Under the pieces are notes generated by a model. That model ran no database searches. It was not told the origin of the DNA and saw only the letters and a list, made by a program, of their open reading frames with translations. The position numbers were made by a program, and so were the translations under genes. Of a stretch of DNA of 64,000 nt, positions 47,401 to 57,356 are shown piece after piece. The stretch's first letter is position 1. Every line of letters begins with the position of its first letter. The DNA comes from a bacterium (GTDB lineage: Bacteria > Patescibacteriota > Saccharimonadia > CAILAD01 > GCA-016700035): contig CP064998.1 in assembly GCA_016700035.1 (NCBI GenBank), positions 59,325-123,324 on the forward strand, read 5' to 3'.

Positions 47401-48431
47401 CCAAAGTAGCCGGCAATGGTCCATTCTGTAGCACCAATGCCTATATACTTGGTCGTGATGGTAATGCAGGTACGATGTCTGATTTGAATAGTTGTGATTT
47501 TAAACAATATAACTTTGCGCTAAGAGCTAATTTGGAGCGAGCCTTGAGTGCTCAGACGCCAGTATCCGAAGAGCTAATTTATCGGGAAGCTTTTCAGGCT
47601 TATGATGATGCCCCAACCAGTTGCCCGTCAACTGGGCCCGAGCCTAGTGGCCCTGCTAGATATGTTAATGGTGGAACTTATGATGGTAGTGGTGCATTGC
47701 CGGGTATCTCAGCTAATAACTGCCCCACTATAAGGGTGCTAGATGGGGTGCGTGACGGCAGCTATAAGACATTGGGTGCAAATCCAAGTTTACCTTTACC
47801 TGTCGTTCCAATGTTAGTTACGTCTAGGGGTACAGTTTTGGTAGATGGCGATCTTTACATTAATACAAATATTGTAAATGCGCCTTCTGCACCAAGTTTT
47901 AATCGAGATGACCTGAATGCCCTCAATCAACTGCCAAACCTAGGGATAATTGTAAAAGGTAATATTATTATCGACAAAGACGTTACTAGAATTGATGCCT
48001 CGCTCTATGCTAGTGGCAAGATAAAAACTTGCGAGAACTTATATAATCCAAGCTCATCGACAGAAAACGACCCAAATACTTCTAACGGTTTCAAGCTAGA
48101 AGGCGGTACCGTTGCAGAGAATACTCAGGCTGCACGTTGTAGTAAGCAACTCAAAATACATGGCGTGATGGCATCTAAGGGTGGCTTTATGCTGGGGCGT
48201 AATTTTGTGGACTTTAGTGCAATGGCTGGGGCTGGACGTATTGGTCGTTCTCGATTTAGTGCCGATTTTGAATATGATGCGCGACGTGGCCTGTATTATG
48301 GTCAGCCAGCCGAAGATGTTGTCTTTAATGGATTGATGCTGATTTTGCCGCCACCAGGCTTTGAGCATCTTTCAAACCCAGATTTCTTCCAGGCGCGCTA
48401 TACGTCTGAGAGCGCTCAACCTCGCTTCTAA
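44439..48431 (+). CDS. giant membrane-anchored surface protein A (1330 aa), paralog of the downstream gene
   Basis: About 70 aa of basic cytoplasmic N-terminus, a signal-anchor TM (VAVFAGFVGLFILVSLAAVWLL), then a G/T/N/S/Y/W-rich Cys-pair-containing ectodomain with beta-helix-like repeats. Conserved C-terminal tail PPPGFEHLS...QPRF. Confidence 0.85.
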   Translation: MPNKSIDSIGPKPNKNNIKPVAEHRAGEVVRPKGAPTQAGESIKPKGYQAPKKLESTVGKPDQPKRPVNKKKVAVFAGFVGLFILVSLAAVWLLRGTNLLNSVGKPKPAAGNFAEVGDQASTLDEFNKVKDAYQGFNKKQATPADSQVVAANASRDLITYLALKSEAVKQGVECTWEIVDTRMATQYQSYGGKEAFYAYLAQEYGWSKEVSFMKTCTEYYREVLAQKVIGGTDAFGVYIRWDNMDNDSTAQQRATYEQEAKARLERDFLPLFKSGASKEEIYRAADISPYSTDVEFDKKMETPGSPWVRTVEYPRLNETTYASFQQYPEGERDIDYISKLAVGENTVVFKSKVGYYAIFRATNRIQGEAGSIDQVIQKYIDGAKLSTEYYALPKPSSNGQEQFDMHDLKQDNTTGMLDSMRQALVPTARAVNCFTNHRLPMSIIYTDYATGQLIPLEQIRTNKGAPISTLQILSTGNVQAACNDEPAPIQNAYGVLNFGYWAGRASWDVFDHRNNPWAFNLSCYTSWEFRFNKVYGYEQVNYQDASQFEVTLLTNQWIVQNRASAYTDHYRIPPDLYQGIANGALGYSINVRMRKEPPTTGWNPPLMTVSGEKQEEDGTTIGAYADNTVSEQPNNFTSSGQPYSFPGLRADQGHVFTVETEPNYDVLGYRINGGPINQSTTYTYVAGTTGDGTTLDVDWIFRRRPTVNLSVTCALISGNVIGGGGATIETYARVGGADLVDGAGQRIIQGRNFSFTVPEAYKDGVGRTVELRLIVDGVDWGAAAATTLSCNRNALCSNNNLGTVFPGNRVTIGVGGQEEGISIAMSNNGESIWSTYSTGTYQLVLTPEADIYWDIVAGTSVPAGEKIYPQPNPISGKTFAPITVTLTASPSDSTTPLGFQMAFIPDGGGAAQRFGTACSTELRVLSSYGPWLRTQNGNVSAMGVIKGQEALSLTGGNLGGRRAAGSAGTTADGQKDDINLEATYLLLSKVAGNGPFCSTNAYILGRDGNAGTMSDLNSCDFKQYNFALRANLERALSAQTPVSEELIYREAFQAYDDAPTSCPSTGPEPSGPARYVNGGTYDGSGALPGISANNCPTIRVLDGVRDGSYKTLGANPSLPLPVVPMLVTSRGTVLVDGDLYINTNIVNAPSAPSFNRDDLNALNQLPNLGIIVKGNIIIDKDVTRIDASLYASGKIKTCENLYNPSSSTENDPNTSNGFKLEGGTVAENTQAARCSKQLKIHGVMASKGGFMLGRNFVDFSAMAGAGRIGRSRFSADFEYDARRGLYYGQPAEDVVFNGLMLILPPPGFEHLSNPDFFQARYTSESAQPRF

Positions 48432-48515
48432 AAGCTCCAACCACATCTTGTATGCAATAGTGTGTTCAGGTACGATATACATAAGCGTTTTTGAGGTTAG
48501 TTTGTTAGTTTATTT

Positions 48516-51500
48516 ATGAGTCCAAAGCCCATAGACCCCATTTCTCCAAGTCAAAAGGCTTCGGCCGAGTCAGCTGAGTCTATCATTCCACGGAATGCAG
48601 ATTCAGCTCAGGTTTTAGCAGAAGCCAAATCAAGACTAGAGTCCGCCAAAGAGGAACAATCTAGATCTCGCCGGAGGCTATTATTCTGGGGATTACTGGC
48701 TGGTTTGATCATATTTTTGGTTGGTGCTGGAGTTATTGCATATAAAGCATTAGAAGATAAAAAGCTGGCTGAAGATGAGTATGCGGTTATTGAGGGGCGA
48801 TCCATAAAACAGTCTGAGTTTGAAGCTCTGCGCGACGCATATATTCGTTATGATCAACAAAAAGGGCAAAGTGATAAACGTATATCTGAGAGGCGTGCTG
48901 CCGATGAGCTAATGACCAGAGTTGGATTAGAGGTACGGGCTGAGAAGTATGGTATAGGAGTTACTCAAGATGATATTGACTCTTATTTGGCGCCAGCGTA
49001 TTTGCAGTATGGGTCTAGGGATGGCTTACTAAGATACAACCAACATCTTTATGGCTGGGATGAAAAACCTCTATATCATAAAGCTAAGTTAGATTTATTA
49101 AAGCAAAAACTACAATCAAAGATAATTGCGGAGATGGATTTATTGGGTGTGTATATTAGGTGGGATAATCACATGGATAAGTCTGAAGAATTTCAAAAAG
49201 AATATGGGCGTAAGGCTGTTGAACGACTGGAAAAAGATTATCTTCCGAGACTCAATGGAGGCCAAGTCGCAGGTGACTTTATTAAAACAACGGACGTAAA
49301 CGCGTCTCTGCCTGTAGAATTGAATAACGAAAGGCTTAATAAAACTGACGACCCCATAGTACGTTATCTGGAGTTAAAGTCAGCGGTTAATGACCCTAAA
49401 AATGATCCTTTTCAGCACGGGCAGAAAGCTAGTGATGCAAAGTCCGCTTGGGCAGAGATAGAGAAGCTTGAGAAAGTAGGGGACACTACGCCGGTTTTCA
49501 AATCTGATAGTGGTATGTATTTAGCCTTGCGTATCGAAAGGAAGTCAGAAGGCGAATACATAAGCTATGAGTCATACCTCAAAAAAGCTATACAAGAGGG
49601 AAAAGTAGACAGCAGTTATAATGAACTACCAATACCGGATAATGGCCGCAACATTCTACCAACACCAACAAGTAGTGCGGATGTAAGTTTGCTTGCCAAG
49701 TTTCTACCAAAAGCTACTGCTTCAGGGTCGAGAGACTGTTGGGCACAAGACCCCCTTCAGTATGAGATGCGGCCAGCAGATGGTAGTGCGGGTTATGCGT
49801 CAATTACTAATAATCCATTTACGGTACTTGTAGTTCGTTCTGGATCCGATACGTGTATTCCGTATAATGGTTTTGGTTATTTTATGAATGCGCAAGGAAG
49901 ACAAGCGTGGACATCTCCGAATGTGCAGCACGGTATGGTGATACCGCTCAATTGTTATGGTGTAGTGTGGGATTTTGCTTGGTCAGCTCCTAGTGGCTAC
50001 CAGGGCTTTACCGCGGGTGATTATCAGGCTCCAAACAGAATATTAACCGGTTTTGGATCTGGTCTTGTATGGGCACCATCTGACATATCGGGGCTTTGGA
50101 GAAATGCGAATATCTATTATGGTATTGCAAACGGCGCTGGTCGCTATGCGGTAGCACCTATCTTTTATCCTGATGCACCACCCCCACCACCACCACCTCT
50201 CTACAATATTACCGGATGGAAAGCTGATCGCTACGGCAATGCAACGCCACAAGTTGCTGGTGCTGTAGTTCGAGATACTAGTGTGGGTGATTCAAGTGCG
50301 ACGCAACCATTTACGCTAAATGGAAGAAATCAAGCTCAAGACCATATTGTCCAAGCTCAGGATACACCAGACTGGACTGCGACTGGCTGGGAGCTAGTGA
50401 ATAATGGTACATCTGGTAATCAAAACTATTATGGTTTTCCGGCCAGTTCAACACCAGTTAATTCAACCCAATCAATGATTTTTCGTTATGAACCACGTCC
50501 ATCTAGCGTTAGAGCTGGGATACTTGTAAAAGATCCTTCTACGGGTGCTTTATCAAACCCATGCACACAGTCAGGTTATCAGAATGTACCATGTAGTAGC
50601 GGGACGAATGTTACCTTGCAACGTACCTTTAATTTACCGCCTGGTTTAGTAAATTCTTATTCAAATGCAACAATGAGTCAGACTACATCAAATGGGGCAG
50701 CTACATATGGGGGTCTTTATACTGGTAGTTATACAGCAACAGCTAGTGGTATTCCGGCAGGCTGGCAGATAGTGGGCACTTATCAGTGTAGCGATAATGC
50801 TGATCCAAGCAATTGTTTTCCAGCCGATGGGGCGGGTGTTAGCCCAAATTCTAATGGTGTGATGCCGATTTGGATAGAAGCTAATCGTAGTCGGCCGGTA
50901 TTTTACGTATTGCAACCAAATCAAATGGCACTAAAGGGAGATAAGAAAGGGCCGGGGACATTTACTAGTACTCAAAATAGCGATACTACCAACTTAGGTG
51001 TTGGGACTATAATGGTTGGCGCTCAGACGGTTTCTGGCAATAATCAGGCTGGAGCTTGGAATGCTCCACTTAACTTTAATCCTTCCAGTGGTGCATATAG
51101 TGTGCGTGCGGTAGCTCCGGCAGGCTGGCGAATTCGTGGCTATGCATTTTGTGCGTCAGCCTCAGCACTGTCTAGTTGTGCGTCAAATGATGCTGTTTTG
51201 GCGCCAAATAATCAAACTCAGGGCCAACTTATTCTTGGCGGCAATGATACAACAGATTATTCATTAAACATTGATTATACAAATCCAGATGGCCAAGCTC
51301 GGTTTAATGGTGTAGTAATTCCGGCTGGAGGACAACTTTGGGTAACCTTTTTCTTTAAGCCAGCACCAGTAACAATTCAGGTACGAGGCAAGATAGACAT
51401 GCAAGGAGGCAATGGTACCGCCAATACCGACCTTAATCCCTGCGCATTCAATGACTATAAAAGAAATCTTTGCACCCAGACTGAACTACAACCCGTGCGC

Positions 51501-54500
51501 ATGAATACGCGTGGTCTCCCTATTACTAGTAATCCAACGATGATTGATATTGATGATCCTGCGGGTGCATCTGGGGGTGGTGCTTGTGCGTCTAAGGATT
51601 ATGTGCCAACTAAGCCGGGTTATAATTATGGGAGTTTTGCCAGTTCGGGCTTTTACTGTACTAATGAGGGTGGTAACGGCAGTATTACTCAAGCCAAATT
51701 TATTACCGGTAACAGTCCTTTGCGCTATGGTATGACTTTAGATGCTAGAACGGGTGGCGTTGGCAATAATACTAATCCAGCAGAGAATAATCTTGCTATT
51801 GTTCGCAATGTTTATCCTGGTAAATATAGCTTTCAGATGAAAGGCCTACCACAATATAATGGAGAAGATGCTTACAATGTAGCACAAGCCACCTGTGCGC
51901 CAAATCAGCTAGATTGCTCAATGAGCACTGCGCCAATCAATAATGTTGATGGTTGTCTTTTAAATCATCGTCGACAGGCGGAGTATACGGCTGTCACGTA
52001 TTTTTTGTGGTGGCCTATCTATACACCAATTGTTGCACCTTATAATGCATCTGCCCTAAATGACCCAGCTGGTCAGAATTACTGTACTATTATGTGGTCT
52101 GGTGCACCAGGGGCAGATAATTGGCCAAGTGGAGGAACACCACAATCTTGGAATATTTCCGCTCAAAGACCACGCCAATGCCTGCTAACTAATGGCGTGT
52201 GGGCTTATAATCCACAATGGAATGCGGGCACGGGTAGCTATGGGATAGATGCAAGTGGTACATCGCCTTGCGGTTATCGTAAGGATGCTAAAACAACTGG
52301 CCCAAATACTTTTACAATGGGACTTCCAATAGATACTGGCTTCCGGGAGCAAGTATTCTATTATTCGCCCAAAATATTAGCCACAAATACAAATCTAACT
52401 TGTGATAATTATTCAGCTACTGTGGTATTTATGCCGGATCCTTCACGACCAGTGACGACATACTATCGATTTGGGCGGTATGGTCAGCCAGCCACAACTA
52501 CTTTAATGCGCACCGATAGTTCGACAGGTGGAGATGTGATGTTGGCTACAACTCAGACTAGTGGACCTAATGCGCATCAAATACGTATAGATATACCAAA
52601 ATATAATGGTCAGGGTGGAGAATTATTGAAGGATGGAGATCGTCGTTCGTTTGAGGTCTATGCTCGCTATGGTGATAGTTCTAGTAATAGCCCAGATGGC
52701 GACTTAGTAAATGGCTATGGTTCCGAGAGAGATTGGGGCTCAGCATTTGGATCTTGGAAGTATGCACCAGCTAGAATTTCTTCTTTAACACATCAGTGTC
52801 AGAATAATGCAACTTGTGATCAGGCTAGCTTCAATAATCAGCTCAATGCTATTGCTATTATGGATGCAGATGATCCACAAGCCAATACAATCGATGTGAC
52901 AGTGACGAACACCGGCCATAGCTTTTGGCAACAGAATGTAAATGAGAATGGTGCGTCAATTACAACTGGCCACGAACTGACAGTTACGGGGGGTACCTTA
53001 CTAGCTGCAAGTATAAATGATTCGCGTGGTTGGTATATTGCTGGGCCAGATTATCGCATGGCTGATGGGACGCAGGTTTATCCAGTCGCTTTAAATCCGA
53101 GTGCTTCAACCTATAAATTTACAATGCATATAAATCCGCCAAAAGATGGTGGTAGTAAGTTTACACTTGGTTTTCAAATGCGCCAGTACAAGCCAAGCTC
53201 TGGCTATACGGAAGTATTTGGTACAGCCTGCGAAGGGCAAATGGAGATCAAGGTTAGTTATAAGCCATGGTATCGAGTTCAAAATGGTAATGTAACGGCA
53301 CTGGGGGAGATTCGAGATCAGCCTGAATCTGCTCGAGGTATGTATAAGGCTGAGAATCGTACTAATAATAATCCATATCCAGGTAGTGTGGATAATGTAG
53401 CTAAGTTAAAAACTGACAGTGCCAAGCCAGTGATGAACTTGCATGCTCAATTTTCGGTTGTCGCCGAGGGTGGGGGGACAAACTTCTGCTCTACAAACTT
53501 TTATATGCTAGGCATTGCCGACCCACCAAATAGTTTTACGCCAAATGCTTCACAGCAGAGTAGAAAGTGTAGTTTTGGTGGTATGGATTTGAATATTCCT
53601 CAGGCTGAGGATTCTAATGGTGACGGTACAAAAGAGCTTAAAAATGATCAGCTGATTGTTACGGCTAATAACGCTTATCGCGATAATGGGCAGTGTGTTG
53701 ATGTAGGAAGCAATCCAGAAGATGATGGTGGCCCATATGAACTTTCAGCACCCACTAAATATTATCGGTCTTGGGAATCAGCGCCTTATGACGTGCCGAG
53801 TTTGAAGTGGAGTACTGAGCAAAAGCCAAATAATAGTGACGATGGCCCATTTGGGCGGCATGCTTCTGGTAATCCGGCTGAGCGAGGGTTGTATCTTGTA
53901 AATATCACCAATAATCCATTGCATCGTCCTTGCCCAACTATATTTAAGCTTGATACGCCATCAAATCCGTCCAATCAGTTTGTACAAAGTGGCTATCGAA
54001 GACTCGGCGGCTTCATTTATGGCGCTGGTCGCTCTACAATTCTTTCTGATCAAACCATATATATTACTGATAATATTACGGTTAGTATTCCGACATCACC
54101 ACCGTATAGCTTTCAGAGAAATGGAGTGCCAGATATGGCTGGGCTGAATGCAGTGCCAAATCTTGGCATTATATCGGAGGGTGATATTGTGGTGGCTAGT
54201 AATGTGGAAAGAATTGATGCCTCATTGTATGCCAAAGGCAGGATTATAACCTGTGATCAATATGTGCCAAACTCTGGGCTAAATGAAGATGCTGGTAAGA
54301 CCGATCAACCGGGCTCGACCGGCACCAAGTGGATTCGACGCGGTGCTGGCATTGGCTTGGATTCTAACCCACTAGCCAGTGAGACGACTGATCCAAATGT
54401 AATTGAGGCACCGAATGCTGATAATGCGGAAGCCAAAAAATGCGCAAACCGACTCAAGATCACTGGCAGTGTGACCGGTGGGTCTGGTTTTACTCTGGGG

Positions 54501-54863
54501 CGTAATCATATTGATTTTAGTGAAATGGTACAGCGTTGGGGTAATAACGAAGGTGGAGCTTTTGGTGGACAGTCGCCTCAGGAGTTTGGTAAGTTTTGTA
54601 ATTTGTCAGATGTGATTGGTATCCGTCGGGTATGTAATCTGTATGGTGTGCGCAAAGATTTTGATTCTCCTGATAATACAGGGGCTACCTACTGGCTAGC
54701 TGAAAAAGCCGGTTGGCCACAAAATTATTATACTGGTGGACCGGCAGAAGACTTTGTTGGTAACGGTATATCAAGCTTTATGCCACCACCTGGTTTTGAA
54801 AATATCAGTACATCTGCGCAAACTGCCAAGTATTATAAGAATACTGCCCGACCTAGGTTTTAG
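48516..54863 (+). CDS. giant membrane-anchored surface protein B (2115 aa), paralog of the upstream gene
   Basis: N-terminal cytoplasmic segment, a TM (LLFWGLLAGLIIFLVGAGVIAY), then an ectodomain sharing several colinear blocks with protein A (GVYIRWDN, LGFQM...FGTAC...PW.R.QNGNV, NLGII..G.I....V.RIDASLYA.G.I.TC, ..LKI.G.....GF.LGRN..DFS.M). It also has a poly-Pro stretch, internal repeats and a C-terminal tail PPPGFENIS...RPRF. Confidence 0.85.
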   Translation: MSPKPIDPISPSQKASAESAESIIPRNADSAQVLAEAKSRLESAKEEQSRSRRRLLFWGLLAGLIIFLVGAGVIAYKALEDKKLAEDEYAVIEGRSIKQSEFEALRDAYIRYDQQKGQSDKRISERRAADELMTRVGLEVRAEKYGIGVTQDDIDSYLAPAYLQYGSRDGLLRYNQHLYGWDEKPLYHKAKLDLLKQKLQSKIIAEMDLLGVYIRWDNHMDKSEEFQKEYGRKAVERLEKDYLPRLNGGQVAGDFIKTTDVNASLPVELNNERLNKTDDPIVRYLELKSAVNDPKNDPFQHGQKASDAKSAWAEIEKLEKVGDTTPVFKSDSGMYLALRIERKSEGEYISYESYLKKAIQEGKVDSSYNELPIPDNGRNILPTPTSSADVSLLAKFLPKATASGSRDCWAQDPLQYEMRPADGSAGYASITNNPFTVLVVRSGSDTCIPYNGFGYFMNAQGRQAWTSPNVQHGMVIPLNCYGVVWDFAWSAPSGYQGFTAGDYQAPNRILTGFGSGLVWAPSDISGLWRNANIYYGIANGAGRYAVAPIFYPDAPPPPPPPLYNITGWKADRYGNATPQVAGAVVRDTSVGDSSATQPFTLNGRNQAQDHIVQAQDTPDWTATGWELVNNGTSGNQNYYGFPASSTPVNSTQSMIFRYEPRPSSVRAGILVKDPSTGALSNPCTQSGYQNVPCSSGTNVTLQRTFNLPPGLVNSYSNATMSQTTSNGAATYGGLYTGSYTATASGIPAGWQIVGTYQCSDNADPSNCFPADGAGVSPNSNGVMPIWIEANRSRPVFYVLQPNQMALKGDKKGPGTFTSTQNSDTTNLGVGTIMVGAQTVSGNNQAGAWNAPLNFNPSSGAYSVRAVAPAGWRIRGYAFCASASALSSCASNDAVLAPNNQTQGQLILGGNDTTDYSLNIDYTNPDGQARFNGVVIPAGGQLWVTFFFKPAPVTIQVRGKIDMQGGNGTANTDLNPCAFNDYKRNLCTQTELQPVRMNTRGLPITSNPTMIDIDDPAGASGGGACASKDYVPTKPGYNYGSFASSGFYCTNEGGNGSITQAKFITGNSPLRYGMTLDARTGGVGNNTNPAENNLAIVRNVYPGKYSFQMKGLPQYNGEDAYNVAQATCAPNQLDCSMSTAPINNVDGCLLNHRRQAEYTAVTYFLWWPIYTPIVAPYNASALNDPAGQNYCTIMWSGAPGADNWPSGGTPQSWNISAQRPRQCLLTNGVWAYNPQWNAGTGSYGIDASGTSPCGYRKDAKTTGPNTFTMGLPIDTGFREQVFYYSPKILATNTNLTCDNYSATVVFMPDPSRPVTTYYRFGRYGQPATTTLMRTDSSTGGDVMLATTQTSGPNAHQIRIDIPKYNGQGGELLKDGDRRSFEVYARYGDSSSNSPDGDLVNGYGSERDWGSAFGSWKYAPARISSLTHQCQNNATCDQASFNNQLNAIAIMDADDPQANTIDVTVTNTGHSFWQQNVNENGASITTGHELTVTGGTLLAASINDSRGWYIAGPDYRMADGTQVYPVALNPSASTYKFTMHINPPKDGGSKFTLGFQMRQYKPSSGYTEVFGTACEGQMEIKVSYKPWYRVQNGNVTALGEIRDQPESARGMYKAENRTNNNPYPGSVDNVAKLKTDSAKPVMNLHAQFSVVAEGGGTNFCSTNFYMLGIADPPNSFTPNASQQSRKCSFGGMDLNIPQAEDSNGDGTKELKNDQLIVTANNAYRDNGQCVDVGSNPEDDGGPYELSAPTKYYRSWESAPYDVPSLKWSTEQKPNNSDDGPFGRHASGNPAERGLYLVNITNNPLHRPCPTIFKLDTPSNPSNQFVQSGYRRLGGFIYGAGRSTILSDQTIYITDNITVSIPTSPPYSFQRNGVPDMAGLNAVPNLGIISEGDIVVASNVERIDASLYAKGRIITCDQYVPNSGLNEDAGKTDQPGSTGTKWIRRGAGIGLDSNPLASETTDPNVIEAPNADNAEAKKCANRLKITGSVTGGSGFTLGRNHIDFSEMVQRWGNNEGGAFGGQSPQEFGKFCNLSDVIGIRRVCNLYGVRKDFDSPDNTGATYWLAEKAGWPQNYYTGGPAEDFVGNGISSFMPPPGFENISTSAQTAKYYKNTARPRF

Positions 54864-54951
54864 AGGATAGATAATAAATGGAGGCGTCATAACAAAATAG
54901 GTGCAAAAGGGGGAGTACTAATTCAAAATAGTTATGCTAAAATAAGAACAC

Positions 54952-55989
54952 ATGGAATTATTCGTTGAAGATGAACATTATTTTGGAGTTGACCTCGGTA
55001 ACTCCGGTATCCGATTGGTTGAGCTTAAACTAATTCATGATAAGCCCACACTCGTTACTTATGGTGATATTGAATTACCGTTTGGACTGATGAGTTCTGA
55101 TTCTCCAGCTGATCAGGCGCGAATTTCAGAGATACTCAAAAAGCTGGTATCAGACGCTCGTGTGAGTACCAAAAATGTTGTAGCTGGTTTACCGGCTAGC
55201 AAAGTATTTGCCAGCGTGCTTAAACTGCCACAGATGGCTGATAATGAAATTGCCCACACTATTCGCTTCCAGGCCGATAAATATATTCCGATGCCAATTG
55301 ATCAGGTGAAGCTAGATTTTTTCCGTATAACTCGCGATAAGGAAGCTGAAGAGATCGATGTATTATTGGTTGCCACACCAACCAGTATTGCCAATAAATA
55401 CCTTAATATTTTCCAGCAAGCTGGACTGGAGTTGATGGCTTTAGATATTAATGCAATTGCTCAGTCGCGCTCGATGGTACCAAATGCTGATATTGATGTG
55501 GTGGTAGTAGATTTTGCTTCTTTAACCACTGATATTGGCCTAATATCGGCTGGAATTCCGGGACTGATTCGATCGGTTAATGTGGGTGCTAAATCTCTTA
55601 TTCGAGTGACATCTCAAAACCTTGGTCTCGATGAAGTGCAGGCCGAGCAGTTTGTGCGTAAGTTTGGCCTAACTCAAACTAAGCTAGAGGGGCAAGTTTA
55701 CCGCTCGATGAAGCCGTTACTTGATAATGTAGTAGAAGAGATTAAGCGCTCAATGGAGTTCTTTTACCAAAGTAACTCTGGCCGTAAAGTGGAGAAGATT
55801 GTTATTACTGGTGGTCCGGCAGCAATTCCAGAAATGCCGGTTTATCTTGCAAATGCACTGGGCTTACCCGTTGAAATGGGTAATCCATGGCAGAAGATTA
55901 GCTATGCCACTGAGTTTACAGACCGCTTGTCGGGTATGGCGTTAAGTTATTCCACATCGGTTGGTTTGGCGTTAAGGAATATGGTGTAG
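54952..55989 (+). CDS. pilM: type IV pilus assembly protein PilM (actin-like ATPase fold)
   Basis: FGVDLGNSGIRLVELK has an N-terminal actin-like fold. The ORF is 345 aa, first of the pilMNO order. Confidence 0.8.
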   Translation: MELFVEDEHYFGVDLGNSGIRLVELKLIHDKPTLVTYGDIELPFGLMSSDSPADQARISEILKKLVSDARVSTKNVVAGLPASKVFASVLKLPQMADNEIAHTIRFQADKYIPMPIDQVKLDFFRITRDKEAEEIDVLLVATPTSIANKYLNIFQQAGLELMALDINAIAQSRSMVPNADIDVVVVDFASLTTDIGLISAGIPGLIRSVNVGAKSLIRVTSQNLGLDEVQAEQFVRKFGLTQTKLEGQVYRSMKPLLDNVVEEIKRSMEFFYQSNSGRKVEKIVITGGPAAIPEMPVYLANALGLPVEMGNPWQKISYATEFTDRLSGMALSYSTSVGLALRNMV

Positions 55990-55992
55990 GCT

Positions 55993-56619
55993 ATGTCGGT
56001 TCGGATCAATTTGCTCCCCGAAGCCCGTATGATAAAGCTGAAAAATCAGCAAACCAAACGCTTGGTTACGGTGGTTTGCTTGGTTCTTTGCAGTAGTGTA
56101 GGGATTGTCTTAGTGGTATTACTCCTGCTTTTGGGTGCACGCAATATTCAGTTTGCTACTAACAAGGGAAATATCGAAGAGCTGAATAAAAAGATTGCTG
56201 CTAAAGCTGGTGTAGAGCAAGATGTGGCATGGTTTAATGGAGCTCTTACCGAAGCTGATTCACTTTCTAATAATCGAATTCTCATCTCGCAGCTTTTTGG
56301 TCAACTAGCTAATGCTGCACCTCCTGGCATTAAGATTGCAAGTCTATCGGTGGATCCAGAGTATAAGGTCAAAGCATCGGTTGAGGCGACTGACTTTAAT
56401 AATGTGGCACTCTTTATGAATGCCTTAAAGACTTATAATGTTGAGTTTAATCCGATTGCTGGTTTTGATAGGGTGCCAGTTTTTACCGATGTTGATGTTC
56501 AGGCTGTTACCAAGCGTAAGCAGACTGATAATGCCAACTTTGAAGTAAGCTTTAAAGTTGATGAGAAGCTAGTAAAGAAATTCCGTGAAGACAGTAAGGC
56601 GAATGAGGAGAATAAATAA
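55993..56619 (+). CDS. pilN: type IV pilus assembly protein PilN
   Basis: 208 aa. INLLP motif near the N-terminus, a single TM, then a periplasmic-type domain. Confidence 0.7.
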   Translation: MSVRINLLPEARMIKLKNQQTKRLVTVVCLVLCSSVGIVLVVLLLLLGARNIQFATNKGNIEELNKKIAAKAGVEQDVAWFNGALTEADSLSNNRILISQLFGQLANAAPPGIKIASLSVDPEYKVKASVEATDFNNVALFMNALKTYNVEFNPIAGFDRVPVFTDVDVQAVTKRKQTDNANFEVSFKVDEKLVKKFREDSKANEENK

Positions 56620-57356
56620 TGGCACCCACTAAGAAGCCAGCCACTCCTGTTGCTAGCAAAAAAAAGCTGGTTCCACCGCAAACTCCAGGTACGGAGGCTG
56701 CCATGCAGGGAATTCGCAATTATCTTATCATTGCGATTGGTGTTACGGTGCTGGTTGTTTTAGTTGGGGGTTATTTTATATATACTCTGGCGCAATCTAA
56801 TGTTAAGAAAGCCCTGGAAGTTCGAGCTCAGGAATATCAAATTAAGCTTTCGGAGAATAAAATTGCCAAACTCGATGAAGCTGAACCTGAGATCCTAAAA
56901 CTTAAACAAGCAGATGGCGATAAGCCATCAAGATTTGATTTTATTACTCAACGCACATTGCCAGAAAATGAAGATTTTGAAGCTATTTTAACTATCTTTA
57001 ACCGTCTCCAAAAAGACTATCAAGTAGATATTGAGTCTATTACTAAACCGGGCACCGCTACTGCTGGAGTTGCAACTACAGCAAGGAGCACACCAAACAC
57101 AACTGGTGCTGGCAAATCTCAGTCTAGTTTAATTGCAATTAAGGCCACTGGATCGCAAGAAGCAGTAATTAGCTTCTTACAAGCGCTAGAATCATCATCA
57201 CGTATCTTTGACTTTTCAACAATGAAGATTTCGAGTGAACAGGGTAGCTTTTCATTGGATATGCAGTACAAAATTTATGCCATGCCAAAACCTTCAATCA
57301 ATAGCACAGATGTAAAAATTGATGAATACGAAGCTGATAAAGGAAAATACGAATGA
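56619..57356 (+). CDS. pilO: PilO-like pilus assembly protein
   Basis: 245 aa. N-terminal TM plus coiled coil, and position after pilN. It overlaps pilN by TAATG. Confidence 0.55.
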   Translation: MAPTKKPATPVASKKKLVPPQTPGTEAAMQGIRNYLIIAIGVTVLVVLVGGYFIYTLAQSNVKKALEVRAQEYQIKLSENKIAKLDEAEPEILKLKQADGDKPSRFDFITQRTLPENEDFEAILTIFNRLQKDYQVDIESITKPGTATAGVATTARSTPNTTGAGKSQSSLIAIKATGSQEAVISFLQALESSSRIFDFSTMKISSEQGSFSLDMQYKIYAMPKPSINSTDVKIDEYEADKGKYE

